A DNA stretch of 64,000 nucleotides, taken from Planctomycetota bacterium (lineage in GTDB: Bacteria > Planctomycetota > GCA-002687715 > CAIWVZ01). This document shows, piece by piece, positions 46,040 through 55,390 of this stretch. Where the stretch lies: contig JBGANV010000006.1 of NCBI GenBank assembly GCA_044222185.1, positions 128,001-192,000 on the forward strand, written 5' to 3'. Under the pieces are notes generated by a model that did not search any database, had not been told where the DNA came from, and saw nothing but the letters and a program-made list of their open reading frames with translations. Position 1 is the first letter of the stretch. Each line of letters opens with the position of its first letter. The position numbers and the translations under genes are program-made.

Positions 46040-48526
46040 ATGGCGATGCGCGTGAGCCTGGCAGTCGTTGCAGTCGTGGTCATCGCGGTCGGTGCGTGGT
46101 TTGCGCTCGGCGGCACGGAGCACGGACCGCAGACCCGCGCGCAACCGAGCGTCGAGCCCGCCGCGGTTCCGTTGGACGTGGAACCGCACCCCGTTCCCAC
46201 CTCCCGGTCTTCGGCAGGCGCCGTCACGGTGAATCCGATCGTCGATCGCTCAGCAGACGCGGCCGCCGTGCGCGCGGGTCGGTGTGAGTTCCGGGTCGTC
46301 CAGCCCGACGGGGCGCCGGCGGTCGGCGCCCAATGTGCACTTGGGCGGAAGAAGCTCTTGCGCGGGACGTCCGACTGTGATGCGAATGGCGTCGCGACGT
46401 TCGAGCCGTCGGAGGACGAAGCGTGGCTCATCGTCGTCGCGCCCACGCGGCCCATGGCCGGCTTCGTCGTCACGCCGCGCGCAGGGCGGCACGTGGTGGA
46501 TCTGCCCGACGGCGCCGTCGTTTGCGGCCACGTCACGGTCGACGGGCGACCGCCGCAGGAGCCGATCGTTCTCCGCCTCAGCGGTGGTGAGCCGCGGCTC
46601 GATGCCCCGATCTTCGAGGGATGGAACGGCGCACTGTTTGGACGCGACACGCCCCGCGTGATGGAGACGTCCTGTCGTGCGACGACCGCGCCCGACGGTT
46701 CGTTCGCGTTCTCTGGCGTTCCCAAGGACTACCGGGAACTTCACGTCGCGCCGCTCTCGGACTTTTTCGAAGTCCCGCTGCGCGTCGTAGAGCGCACCCA
46801 TCTCGTCAACGTCATCCCGGTCGACCCTGCGTCTCCGGACAACCTGATCGAGCTGACACGCGCTCCCGTGTGGACGGGGCGCGTCGTTCGTCCGACGGGC
46901 GAGCCGGTCGCCGGTGCGCTGGTGTCGACGGACATGATCATCGGACCGTCGCTCGACCACGTTATCCGGACGAAGGTCGACGGACGGTTTACCGTTCCCG
47001 TGCGCTTGCCGACCGTCGTCGGGGGCGCCGATGGGACGGGGAAGGTCCTGAGCGTGACTCTCTATTGTGCGGACTCGTTATCGGCCCCCGTGCATGGCAC
47101 GAAGCACATCAACGGCGCGACGCTCTCCCGAGACCTCGGCGACGTCGTCCTGCCCGCGCCGACCCGGATCACCCTGAGCGTGCGGGACGGCACGGGGTCG
47201 CCGATTGCAGGGGCCCGCGTGGGGCGACCTCGGGGACTCAGCATTCCGGTCCCCGTAGTGAAGTCCGATGCCGAGGGCCGGCTCGAGCTCCCGATGGACG
47301 AGTTCCCCGGTTCGTTGATCGTCGGTGCGGCAGGGTTTCACGACCTCAATGTCGAGATTCCGGAGGCGGTCACGGATCCCATCCCGCTGACCTTGCGACG
47401 TGGCGGGCACATCGACGTCGAGGTCCGCCGCCCCGATGGTGGTCCCGAGCGTCGCTACATGGTCGAGTTGGCTGGCTCACGAACGGCATTCGAAGACGGG
47501 GTTCTGGTGATTGCGCGCCACCTCGCTGGCGGGGCGAACAGCGGGCCCTTCGAGGGGAAGGCCACGGGATCGCCGAACGCCGAGGGCCAGATCACCTTCG
47601 CTGGCCTCGTGGACGGCTCGACGTTCACCGTCGACGCCGTCGACCCGTTCGGAACCAAGGTCGCGAGCCGAGACGTGGCGCTGTCGGCGGAGTCTCGGCC
47701 GACCGTGGTCCTGACCGTCTCTCCAGGGACGCGAAAGTTCGCGTGCCGCGTGTTCGACCTCAAAGGGGTGGCGCGGGCGGACGCGTCGGTTCTCCTGACG
47801 AAGCCGGGCGCGAAGGACGTCATGCGTGCCGGTAGGTTGTACGTCAAGGCGGATGTCGACGCCGTTTACCGTCAATCGGACATGGGCATCGATCGCGTGG
47901 ACGTCGAGGTGTCCTGCCAGGGGTGCGGGCGGCTCGTGCAGAACGGCATCGACCTCACCGACGACGAAGAGGTCCGCGACTTCCACCTCTCCGAAGCGCG
48001 CTCCGTCGAATTCGAGGTCGTGGACTCGAGCGGGGAGCCCGTCGTCTTCGAAGCCTTCGAGGCGAGCTACGAAGGGCACAGCCTCGCGTTCGGCGGCGTG
48101 CAGATCGTCCGCCGCGAGGGCAAGGCGACCGTCTCGGGAGTCTCTGCAGGCAAGCTCAACGTCCGCGTTCGCGTGGCGCGCACCGACCATGACTTCGAGT
48201 TCGACACGTCCCAGTCGAAGCAGAGGATCGTCCTCGACCGCCCAGGGCAGGTTCTCGTCCACGTCGATCCACCCATCGAGCGGAAGCCCGGCGAACGCTG
48301 GATGATCGAACTGGTCCGCAGCGAGGACAAGAAACGCTACTCGGACCTCGTCGCGCGGCGCGACTCCGATCCCACGGATCGGTTCGAGTTTCGCAGCGTT
48401 CTTCCCGGTCGCTACGCCGCCCGCCTCGTCCGGCTCGTCGAGAACCGCACGGACGGCTCCTCGTCCCCAGTCAGCGTCGACGTCGCATCCGGCAAGCAGG
48501 CCGAGGTCACGGTGAAGCGGCCGTGA
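46040..48526 (+). CDS. Membrane-anchored carboxypeptidase regulatory-like repeat protein (paralog B)
   Basis: AGGAGG RBS; MAMR start shared with paralog A; ends SGKQAEVTVKRP versus SGKQAEVSVKRP. Confidence 0.85.
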   Translation: MAMRVSLAVVAVVVIAVGAWFALGGTEHGPQTRAQPSVEPAAVPLDVEPHPVPTSRSSAGAVTVNPIVDRSADAAAVRAGRCEFRVVQPDGAPAVGAQCALGRKKLLRGTSDCDANGVATFEPSEDEAWLIVVAPTRPMAGFVVTPRAGRHVVDLPDGAVVCGHVTVDGRPPQEPIVLRLSGGEPRLDAPIFEGWNGALFGRDTPRVMETSCRATTAPDGSFAFSGVPKDYRELHVAPLSDFFEVPLRVVERTHLVNVIPVDPASPDNLIELTRAPVWTGRVVRPTGEPVAGALVSTDMIIGPSLDHVIRTKVDGRFTVPVRLPTVVGGADGTGKVLSVTLYCADSLSAPVHGTKHINGATLSRDLGDVVLPAPTRITLSVRDGTGSPIAGARVGRPRGLSIPVPVVKSDAEGRLELPMDEFPGSLIVGAAGFHDLNVEIPEAVTDPIPLTLRRGGHIDVEVRRPDGGPERRYMVELAGSRTAFEDGVLVIARHLAGGANSGPFEGKATGSPNAEGQITFAGLVDGSTFTVDAVDPFGTKVASRDVALSAESRPTVVLTVSPGTRKFACRVFDLKGVARADASVLLTKPGAKDVMRAGRLYVKADVDAVYRQSDMGIDRVDVEVSCQGCGRLVQNGIDLTDDEEVRDFHLSEARSVEFEVVDSSGEPVVFEAFEASYEGHSLAFGGVQIVRREGKATVSGVSAGKLNVRVRVARTDHDFEFDTSQSKQRIVLDRPGQVLVHVDPPIERKPGERWMIELVRSEDKKRYSDLVARRDSDPTDRFEFRSVLPGRYAARLVRLVENRTDGSSSPVSVDVASGKQAEVTVKRP

Positions 48527-48538
48527 CCTTCCCGTGCT

Positions 48539-49384
48539 TCATCGTTCGGTGGCGCTCGGCGACTGCCGGCCGGTGGATACGACGGCGACGAGAACGCCGG
48601 TGATGGCCCCCGCGACGTAGCCGAGGAGGCTCAGCGGCGCGAAGTCATCAGGCGTCTCACCCCGCAACGCGAACTGGGTCATCACGAAGGCTCCGATCCA
48701 ATTCACCGTGTACACGACTCCGCGAGGGTGGGGCGGTTTCATCGTGAGGATGATCACGGCTCCCGCGGCGACGACGCCAGAGACGGCTCCTGCGGCACCG
48801 ACGAGCGCGAGCGTCGGATCCTCGGTGACGAACGCATGGACGATGCCGCTCGTGACCGACGACGCGATCAGCGTCGCCATCAGCCACCAGCGGCTCTTGT
48901 GCGTCTCGAGGACGATTCCGAACGGCACGAGGAAGACCAGGATGCACGCGAGCTGGTTGAACGTCGCCTGGACTAGCCCATGCGTCACGAGGCCGAGCGC
49001 GCGGCCCTGGCGCACCGCGCTCGGGACGAGCTTCAGGGCCCACGCCGTCCTCGCGAAATCCTCCGTGTGGGCAGCAACGGTGGCCGCCGCACACGCGATC
49101 GAAACGAGAGCCGTGAGGAACCATCGCGGCGCCGGCCGCGGCGTCGGGTCGGGAATGGCGGGCGGGAACGTGGGGTTGCGAGAGAAGAACTGACCCTCGA
49201 AATGCTTGCCATCGCGGCGCAGATGGCGCAGCCGCCACGCGTGACGTTCTTCGGGCGAGAGGCTCGAGAGGCGGATCCCCGCGTCGTCCGGCGTGTCGTC
49301 CGATCCTCTCTCGGGTTCGGACGCGTCGTTCCCTCGTCTCGCTGCATCGCCCTCGCTCATCGGCGCGCCTTCCTGCACGATCAT
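48539..49384 (-). CDS. Rhomboid-fold protein lacking catalytic residues (pseudoprotease)
   Basis: Aligns to the upstream rhomboid but has GAAG for GASG and LGYVAG for LAHLGG; ATGA overlap at 49381-49384. Confidence 0.8.
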   Translation of the reverse strand: MIVQEGAPMSEGDAARRGNDASEPERGSDDTPDDAGIRLSSLSPEERHAWRLRHLRRDGKHFEGQFFSRNPTFPPAIPDPTPRPAPRWFLTALVSIACAAATVAAHTEDFARTAWALKLVPSAVRQGRALGLVTHGLVQATFNQLACILVFLVPFGIVLETHKSRWWLMATLIASSVTSGIVHAFVTEDPTLALVGAAGAVSGVVAAGAVIILTMKPPHPRGVVYTVNWIGAFVMTQFALRGETPDDFAPLSLLGYVAGAITGVLVAVVSTGRQSPSATER

Positions 49385-50526
49385 CGGCCGGCTTCGCGTG
49401 CGGTCCGACGATTCTCGCCGTAACGGAACGCCGCACCAAGCAGGAGCCCGACTCCCGCGCCGCCCAGGTGGGCCAGCGCGCTCACGGCGGACTGTCGCGA
49501 CATCTGGAGCTGAAGTCCCCAGATCTGGCTCGCGATCCACACGACGAACTGCCCGAGGATGTTCACGCCGCCGATGAGGAAGCTGTTCGTGGCCACCTTG
49601 GCCGCGGGCCGCATGACGACGAGCGCGGCGAAGAGGCCGGCGATCCCGCCGCTCGCGCCGATCATGGGCACGGTGCGCTCGGGCGCGAGGATCGCATGTG
49701 AGACGGCCGCACCGACGACGGATGCTCCCAGGATCGCGAGGAGCCGCCGATGCCCCGCGAGGTTCTCGATGGTCGCCCCGAGCGGCAAGAACACGAGCAT
49801 GTTTCCCAGGAGGTGCGCGACGTTCGCATGCAGGAAGAAGTGGCTGACGAGTCCGAAGACGTTCCCCCGGAACAGATCGGACGGAACCAGCCCTGCGCGG
49901 GCGATGGCTCCGGCCTTGTCGACGGACAGCGCGACGCCGCTCGTCACGCAGACGATCAGCGTCAACCCGAGAGTCACGGGCGCAGCACGAAGCTGGGCGC
50001 GGACCCCGTTCGAGCGGGGGAAATTGAGCAGGAATGCGATGGCTTCGCCGCCCGCCTCGTCGATCGCGTCCTGTCGCAGCAGCGCCACGCGGCGAGCGGA
50101 CTTCGATGCGCGCTCGACCTTCGTCGGGCGGCGGGCGCACGTCGCATCGGTCATGGCCGCGCGCACGGCCGCGAGCTCGGCGCGGTCGAACCACAAGAGG
50201 TCGCAAGGCGTGCACGCGTCGAGCGACACGAGACCGGCGCTTCCTCGCACGCGCGCCGTCCGCATGGGCTCGGCGCAACGCGGACACGGCCGGTGCGCGG
50301 CGGTCGCGTCACCGAATGCCGTTCGGAGTTCGTCGATCGCCTGAGACGGTGCCAGCGTGCGCAGCGACACGAAGGGCACGATCTGGGATCGGCACGCATC
50401 GCAGAGCCACAGCTCGGGCAACGAACCGATGAGGCGGCCTTCGATCCGCCGCATCGGATGACGGCAGTCCGGGCACTCGAACGTGCGTGCCTCGCGGCGA
50501 TCGATCACCGGTTCGAGTGCAGACAC
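49381..50526 (-). CDS. Rhomboid intramembrane serine protease with two N-terminal Zn-ribbons
   Basis: CPDC...CDAC and CPRC...CTPC...WFD; HFFLHANVAHLLGNM, GASGG, AHLGG. Confidence 0.92.
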   Translation of the reverse strand: MSALEPVIDRREARTFECPDCRHPMRRIEGRLIGSLPELWLCDACRSQIVPFVSLRTLAPSQAIDELRTAFGDATAAHRPCPRCAEPMRTARVRGSAGLVSLDACTPCDLLWFDRAELAAVRAAMTDATCARRPTKVERASKSARRVALLRQDAIDEAGGEAIAFLLNFPRSNGVRAQLRAAPVTLGLTLIVCVTSGVALSVDKAGAIARAGLVPSDLFRGNVFGLVSHFFLHANVAHLLGNMLVFLPLGATIENLAGHRRLLAILGASVVGAAVSHAILAPERTVPMIGASGGIAGLFAALVVMRPAAKVATNSFLIGGVNILGQFVVWIASQIWGLQLQMSRQSAVSALAHLGGAGVGLLLGAAFRYGENRRTAREAGR

Positions 50527-50535
50527 GGACGCGAA

Positions 50536-51114
50536 CTACGATCCGATGTTGATGTCGTAGGCCTGCGTGAGCACGAACGGCCCCGCGCATGCCGGTCCCG
50601 GGAACACCACGGCCTGGCTCGAAAGTCGAAGGCAGGTGAACGGCGGGAGGGGCGGCATCGTGAACGTGACGGTGAACACTCCGGCCGTGTTGGTCGTCCC
50701 GGAGAGCAGCACGCTGAGCGGGCAGGTGAAATCCAGGTCCACAGACTGGTTGGTGCTCGCGCCACATGCCGTGAACGGGATTGGCAGGCACGTAGGTCCC
50801 AGCGGTGCGAAGCACGGGATGCATGGACAGGGGTCCGTGAAGATCGTCACCTGGCCGCCCGGCACGCACGTCACCGTGAGTGTGAACGTCCCGCCGCCGG
50901 AGAGGTCGAAGAACATGGGAGTGCAGGACGTGCTGCCCGAGACACCGCCCAGGCCCGGCGTGGTCCCCGGCGGCCAGCAGATGGATGGCGTCGTGCCGCA
51001 GCCGACACAGGTGACGGTGAAGTCGTTCACGAGCGGCACGCCCGTGGTCTGTCCGACGACGCTCGAAGACGCGATCAGCGTTGCGGCGAGGATCGCCACG
51101 ATCCGGCATTTCAT
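50536..51114 (-). CDS. Small secreted Cys/Pro-rich hypothetical protein
   Basis: GGAG RBS; signal MKCRIVAILAATLIASSSVVG-Q; more than 10 Cys; ends ...RLSSQAVVF...FVLTQAYDINIGS. Confidence 0.78.
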   Translation of the reverse strand: MKCRIVAILAATLIASSSVVGQTTGVPLVNDFTVTCVGCGTTPSICWPPGTTPGLGGVSGSTSCTPMFFDLSGGGTFTLTVTCVPGGQVTIFTDPCPCIPCFAPLGPTCLPIPFTACGASTNQSVDLDFTCPLSVLLSGTTNTAGVFTVTFTMPPLPPFTCLRLSSQAVVFPGPACAGPFVLTQAYDINIGS

Positions 51115-51286
51115 GTCGCTCTCCATCGGGGGATGTGGATTCATCGGCGACGAAGCCTTCGTCCGGCGCCGGAACTCGCACGACCCGTGCCGTCGAGTTC
51201 GCGTGGCGAGCGTACCAGAACGCGGCCCGAACGTGATGTTTCCCGCCGGCGCGCCTTTCGCCGGCCGGCGGAATGGATCGGCCCCG

Positions 51287-52612
51287 TCACATGCGGCGAA
51301 CCGAGATCCCGGTCGCCTTGGCGCGTCCGCCAACGCATCCGACCCCGATCGGTGCGGGCGCCGGATCGATCGCTCCCTCGACACCGAGGGCACCGTTGAT
51401 CCACACGCTGGCCTTGCCGCCTCTGCGGCGCAGCACGATTTCCACCGGCGCCTCGCCGAGCGTGATCGCGGGGTTCACGCCCACCGCCGTGGCGTCGCTG
51501 TAGAGGAAGAGCCCCTGACCCTTCAGCAGCAGCGCCTGACACTTGGGACCGATCTGGAGTTGCACCCCATAGCAGCCGTCGTCGGCGGCGAGCGTGGTCC
51601 GCACGATCGCGTCGGCGACCGCGTCCGCGCCAGTGCGCGCGATGCACCAATCACCCTGCGACTTCTCGCCGGTGAGGACGAGCGTGGGGCGAGCCGTCGC
51701 CTTCGGGTCCCATGCGCCAGGGTCGCCCGCGGGGATCGCCACCCGATCGAGGGACTTCCACTGGGACGCGGGACCCAGGATCGCGTCGGTGAGCTTCGCC
51801 TCCGGCGACTTCTTCAATGCCGCTGACGGCCCATCCGCGCGTTCTTCGAGCAACGAGACGAGTCCGGGGCGGAGCCGGACCTTCTCCAGCCGCGCGTGCC
51901 ACGCCTTCTCGATGGCCGCGAGGTCGGCGCCGAACGCCTCCTTCGCGGGTACTCCCCGGTAGTAGCCGCGTGTCTTCGGCGCGCCGTACGTGTCGAGGAG
52001 GAATCGCATGTAACTGCCGCCGATGTCGTAGCCGTTGACTCCAGGGTGACTGGCGAGCCACGCGTAGAAGTCGTTCAGCCCGTTGAGTTCCGTCAGCGAC
52101 GGAAGCTGCCCCCGCTTCTTGTAGAACGCAGCTACGGCGTCAACGTGAACGCCGTGCACGTAGCGGAGCACCGCGTTCGCGAGGCCTTCGGCGAAGAAGA
52201 GGTTGCGGGTTTCCGGGCCACGCTCGGTGAACTTCTCGGCGACGACGTGCACGAGCTCGTGGACGCGCGTCTGGTCGTTGTCGCGGGGCACGTGCGACTC
52301 GAGCGGGATCGAGAACCCCTCTGCGCCCGTTTTCGTGATCTTCTGCAACTCGGCCACGTCGTCGTAGACGAACAGCTTGATGACGTGGGGGAAGTCCGGC
52401 AGCGCCAGCTCCTTCAGGATCATGGCGAGATCGGTCTCGACCATCGCCACCACCCGGTCGATCGACGCCTCCGCGTGCGAGTCCGGGCGAAAGTGGATTT
52501 CGAAGTGCTTCGTCTTCTCGACGCCGGTGAGCACCTTCGCCGCATCGCCCTGGGCGGCGGCCTGGGTGGTGAGGATTGCGACGGCGAGCAGGACGGCGAG
52601 CGGTCTGTTCAT
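51287..52612 (-). CDS. Secreted gluzincin (peptidase MA-like) with C-terminal beta-sandwich
   Basis: Signal ...AAA-Q; TKHFEIHF; HELVH...FFAEGLA; Y...GSYMRFLLDTYG; C-terminal LamG/DUF1080-like strands. Confidence 0.8.
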   Translation of the reverse strand: MNRPLAVLLAVAILTTQAAAQGDAAKVLTGVEKTKHFEIHFRPDSHAEASIDRVVAMVETDLAMILKELALPDFPHVIKLFVYDDVAELQKITKTGAEGFSIPLESHVPRDNDQTRVHELVHVVAEKFTERGPETRNLFFAEGLANAVLRYVHGVHVDAVAAFYKKRGQLPSLTELNGLNDFYAWLASHPGVNGYDIGGSYMRFLLDTYGAPKTRGYYRGVPAKEAFGADLAAIEKAWHARLEKVRLRPGLVSLLEERADGPSAALKKSPEAKLTDAILGPASQWKSLDRVAIPAGDPGAWDPKATARPTLVLTGEKSQGDWCIARTGADAVADAIVRTTLAADDGCYGVQLQIGPKCQALLLKGQGLFLYSDATAVGVNPAITLGEAPVEIVLRRRGGKASVWINGALGVEGAIDPAPAPIGVGCVGGRAKATGISVRRM

Positions 52613-52680
52613 TGGCGGTGACCTCGCGTGCGTTGGACGCAGCTTAGTCGAGGACGTTCCGCCAGGTCGCCACGCGCTCG

Positions 52681-55302
52681 TCACTTTCGTTCGCGTTCGG
52701 GCAGCGCGGCCGATGCATCGAGCGTTCGCTCGATCGGCTCGACGCCTACAACCTCCAGGACTCCGAGGTCTTGCGCCACGACTCTGCGGGTGACGCCGAT
52801 GGGGCCGTCGTTCCGCCAGCCGACGAGCTGGATCCGCCAGACGCCCTTGGGGATGCCGCTCACACGGAAGCGTCCGTCAGGCCCGACCCTCGCGTCGGCC
52901 TCGGTCTCGGGCGGCAGCGCATGGCGCGACGGGTCGACGACGTCGACGAGATTCACGTAGGGCGCGTTGCCGAGCACGGTGAGCGCATCCGTGGCGCCCT
53001 CCGGCCCGACCTTCCCAGTGAAGATGCCGCCGGCCTCGGCGACCACCGTGACCGTCTCTCCCTGGTCACCCACGCGGAACGGCCCCATGCGTTTCGCGAC
53101 GACTCCCGCGCCCCGCAGCAGGACGTCGAACGCGGTTCCGCTCGCGAGGTGAAGCGTCACGCGGCCCTCCGCATCGGTCCGACCACCGCCCAGTGCCATG
53201 AGCGAGTCACCCGGATCTGGCGGTGTGTCCTGCCGATGGCGCATGAGTGCCATCGTCACTCCCTCGATCGCGCTTCCGCCAGTCGTCGTGACGCGGACCG
53301 TGACGCCAACCGGCGCCGCCAGTTCCACGGTGATCTCTCCCGTTCCAGACTGCGGGATCACGACGCTCGCAAGAGCGCTCTCGCCATCCGCGCCTGTGAC
53401 GAGCACGTCCACGTCACCCCGAGGCAATCCACCGGCACGCGCGACGCCGCGCTCGTGATTCGCCATGGCGATGACGGCCTCCCAGGCGCGGACCTGCTTC
53501 GCGCCGTCGGACCGGCGGGCGCGGGCGCGCGCACTGAAGCGCGTCACCGGCGTGCCGTCTGGCCGGAGTACCCGGATGTCGAGAGTGGCCGCGCGTCTCA
53601 GGGCGATGCGGACGTTCGTCCGACCCCAGCCGATGGGCTCTGGCGATTCCCACGCCTCGAATCCCGTCGGTTCAGGGACGACGAGACGGACGGCGATCTC
53701 CCGTTGCCCGTTGCCGGCGAGGATGAACGTGCCATCCTCCGCGCTGCCGGTCGCGCCCAACACGTTGCCCGCGCCGTCGCGGCCTTCGATCGCATGGTGT
53801 CCCGCCGGTCGGCCGAACTCGTCCACCACGATTCCCGTGATGGTGTCCGCTGGATCGGGGAGTCTCACGACGACCGTGAGCTCGAGCTCGCTCCCGTCAT
53901 CCGCGACGGAGAACGACGACCTTCCCTGGATCCAGGCCGGCCCGGTGATCTGCGTGAGATAGTCGCCCGGCGCGAGCGCGCGGCCGAAGTCGAAGTGCCC
54001 GCTCGCATCGCTCACGGCGCGCACGGTTCGCGCCGACCACCGCACGGCGAGGCGGGTTCCGACGGCGACGGCGGTGACTTCGCGTCCCGCCACGGGCCGA
54101 CCTCCCATGTCGCGCAGCGTGCCCCACACGCGCTGGCCGCGTGCGAGTCGGATCTCCCCGAGGTTGCCTCGATCGGGGCCCGTCGCATTCAGGATGCACG
54201 GACCGACGGGAACGCGGTCGGGGTGTTTGACCTCGACGGCGAACATACGGCTCCTCGATCCGGCGAAGGGGATGGTGAAGGCTCCGTCCGTTCCCGTCGT
54301 CACGGGCGGTGGTGCGACCCAGAACACGGGGCTCGAGTCCGTGGCGACGGGTTCGTTCCAGGAGGGGACGTGGACGACGGTGACCGTGCAGCCGGCGAGC
54401 GGGAGATCCGACTCGGCGGCCACGCATCGTCCGCTGGCCGTGAGTCGATCGAGGCCGGCCTCGATCGCTGGCTTGCCTCCCTCGACCGTGGGATCGCGGA
54501 ACGGAACGACCTTCACGGACGTGGAGTCGTCGTGCGGCGACGTGGCGATCACTCCAGCCGAATCGCTGCTTGCGGGCGGCGTCGGCGCCACGGGACCTGG
54601 AGGATCGCCCGCGCGATCGAGCGTCCAGTAACCGAGCGGCAGGAGGACGAGCAGCGCCAGGGCGATCAACACGTTCCGCGTGGTCATGGCGAGGAGTCCC
54701 GTGGCCGGGACCAGGCTGGCGGTCGCTACGCCCCGCGTGCCGACGTGGCCCACGAGCATCGCGAGCGAGACTCGCCAGTCCGATCCGTTTGGCCCGTGGT
54801 CCAGCCGATCGCGGAGCATTTCGAACGCTCGCCGCAGGCGCGAGCGCACGGTCGCCTCGGGGATTCCCGCATGCGCCGCGATCTGCGCCGGGGAGAGCTC
54901 CTCGAAGAACCGGCTGAACACGCAGCCCTTGTACGGTTCGGGCAGCGACATCAGCCCGTCGACGAGACGGCGGAGCGTGTCTTCCCGTTCGACGCTGGAG
55001 GTCTCCGGCGGCACCGCTTCGGGGCGAGCCGCGGCGCCCTCACGGGCGGTTCGACGGGCCTCGGCGCGACGCAGGTGACTCACGGCCCCCCGCGCCACGT
55101 GCCCGAGCCATGCGAGAGGGTTGCGCACGACCCGGATGGGCGCGGCGAGCACCGTCATCCACGTCTGCTGTTCGACGTCGTCGGCGAGCGACGGATCGCC
55201 CACGAGTCGACGCGCCACCGCGCGTACGAATCGCGTGTGCTCCAGGAGCTCCGCTTGCGTCAGCGTCTTCGTCACCCCGTGCTGCTCATTTCGATCGGCC
55301 AT
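52681..55302 (-). CDS. ECF sigma factor fused via a TM helix to carboxypeptidase regulatory-like repeats
   Basis: ADDVEQQTW...AWLGHVAR; LPEPYK...RFFEELSPAQIA...ATVRSRLRRA; TM near aa 211-228; Ig-like repeats. Confidence 0.9.
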   Translation of the reverse strand: MADRNEQHGVTKTLTQAELLEHTRFVRAVARRLVGDPSLADDVEQQTWMTVLAAPIRVVRNPLAWLGHVARGAVSHLRRAEARRTAREGAAARPEAVPPETSSVEREDTLRRLVDGLMSLPEPYKGCVFSRFFEELSPAQIAAHAGIPEATVRSRLRRAFEMLRDRLDHGPNGSDWRVSLAMLVGHVGTRGVATASLVPATGLLAMTTRNVLIALALLVLLPLGYWTLDRAGDPPGPVAPTPPASSDSAGVIATSPHDDSTSVKVVPFRDPTVEGGKPAIEAGLDRLTASGRCVAAESDLPLAGCTVTVVHVPSWNEPVATDSSPVFWVAPPPVTTGTDGAFTIPFAGSRSRMFAVEVKHPDRVPVGPCILNATGPDRGNLGEIRLARGQRVWGTLRDMGGRPVAGREVTAVAVGTRLAVRWSARTVRAVSDASGHFDFGRALAPGDYLTQITGPAWIQGRSSFSVADDGSELELTVVVRLPDPADTITGIVVDEFGRPAGHHAIEGRDGAGNVLGATGSAEDGTFILAGNGQREIAVRLVVPEPTGFEAWESPEPIGWGRTNVRIALRRAATLDIRVLRPDGTPVTRFSARARARRSDGAKQVRAWEAVIAMANHERGVARAGGLPRGDVDVLVTGADGESALASVVIPQSGTGEITVELAAPVGVTVRVTTTGGSAIEGVTMALMRHRQDTPPDPGDSLMALGGGRTDAEGRVTLHLASGTAFDVLLRGAGVVAKRMGPFRVGDQGETVTVVAEAGGIFTGKVGPEGATDALTVLGNAPYVNLVDVVDPSRHALPPETEADARVGPDGRFRVSGIPKGVWRIQLVGWRNDGPIGVTRRVVAQDLGVLEVVGVEPIERTLDASAALPERERK

Positions 55303-55390
55303 TCCATCGGGATTAGAGCCCGCCGATGGCAGGACGGATCACACGTCACTCGGATTTCCACGCCCGCCACCAGTCTTCGGCCGGCGGGGC

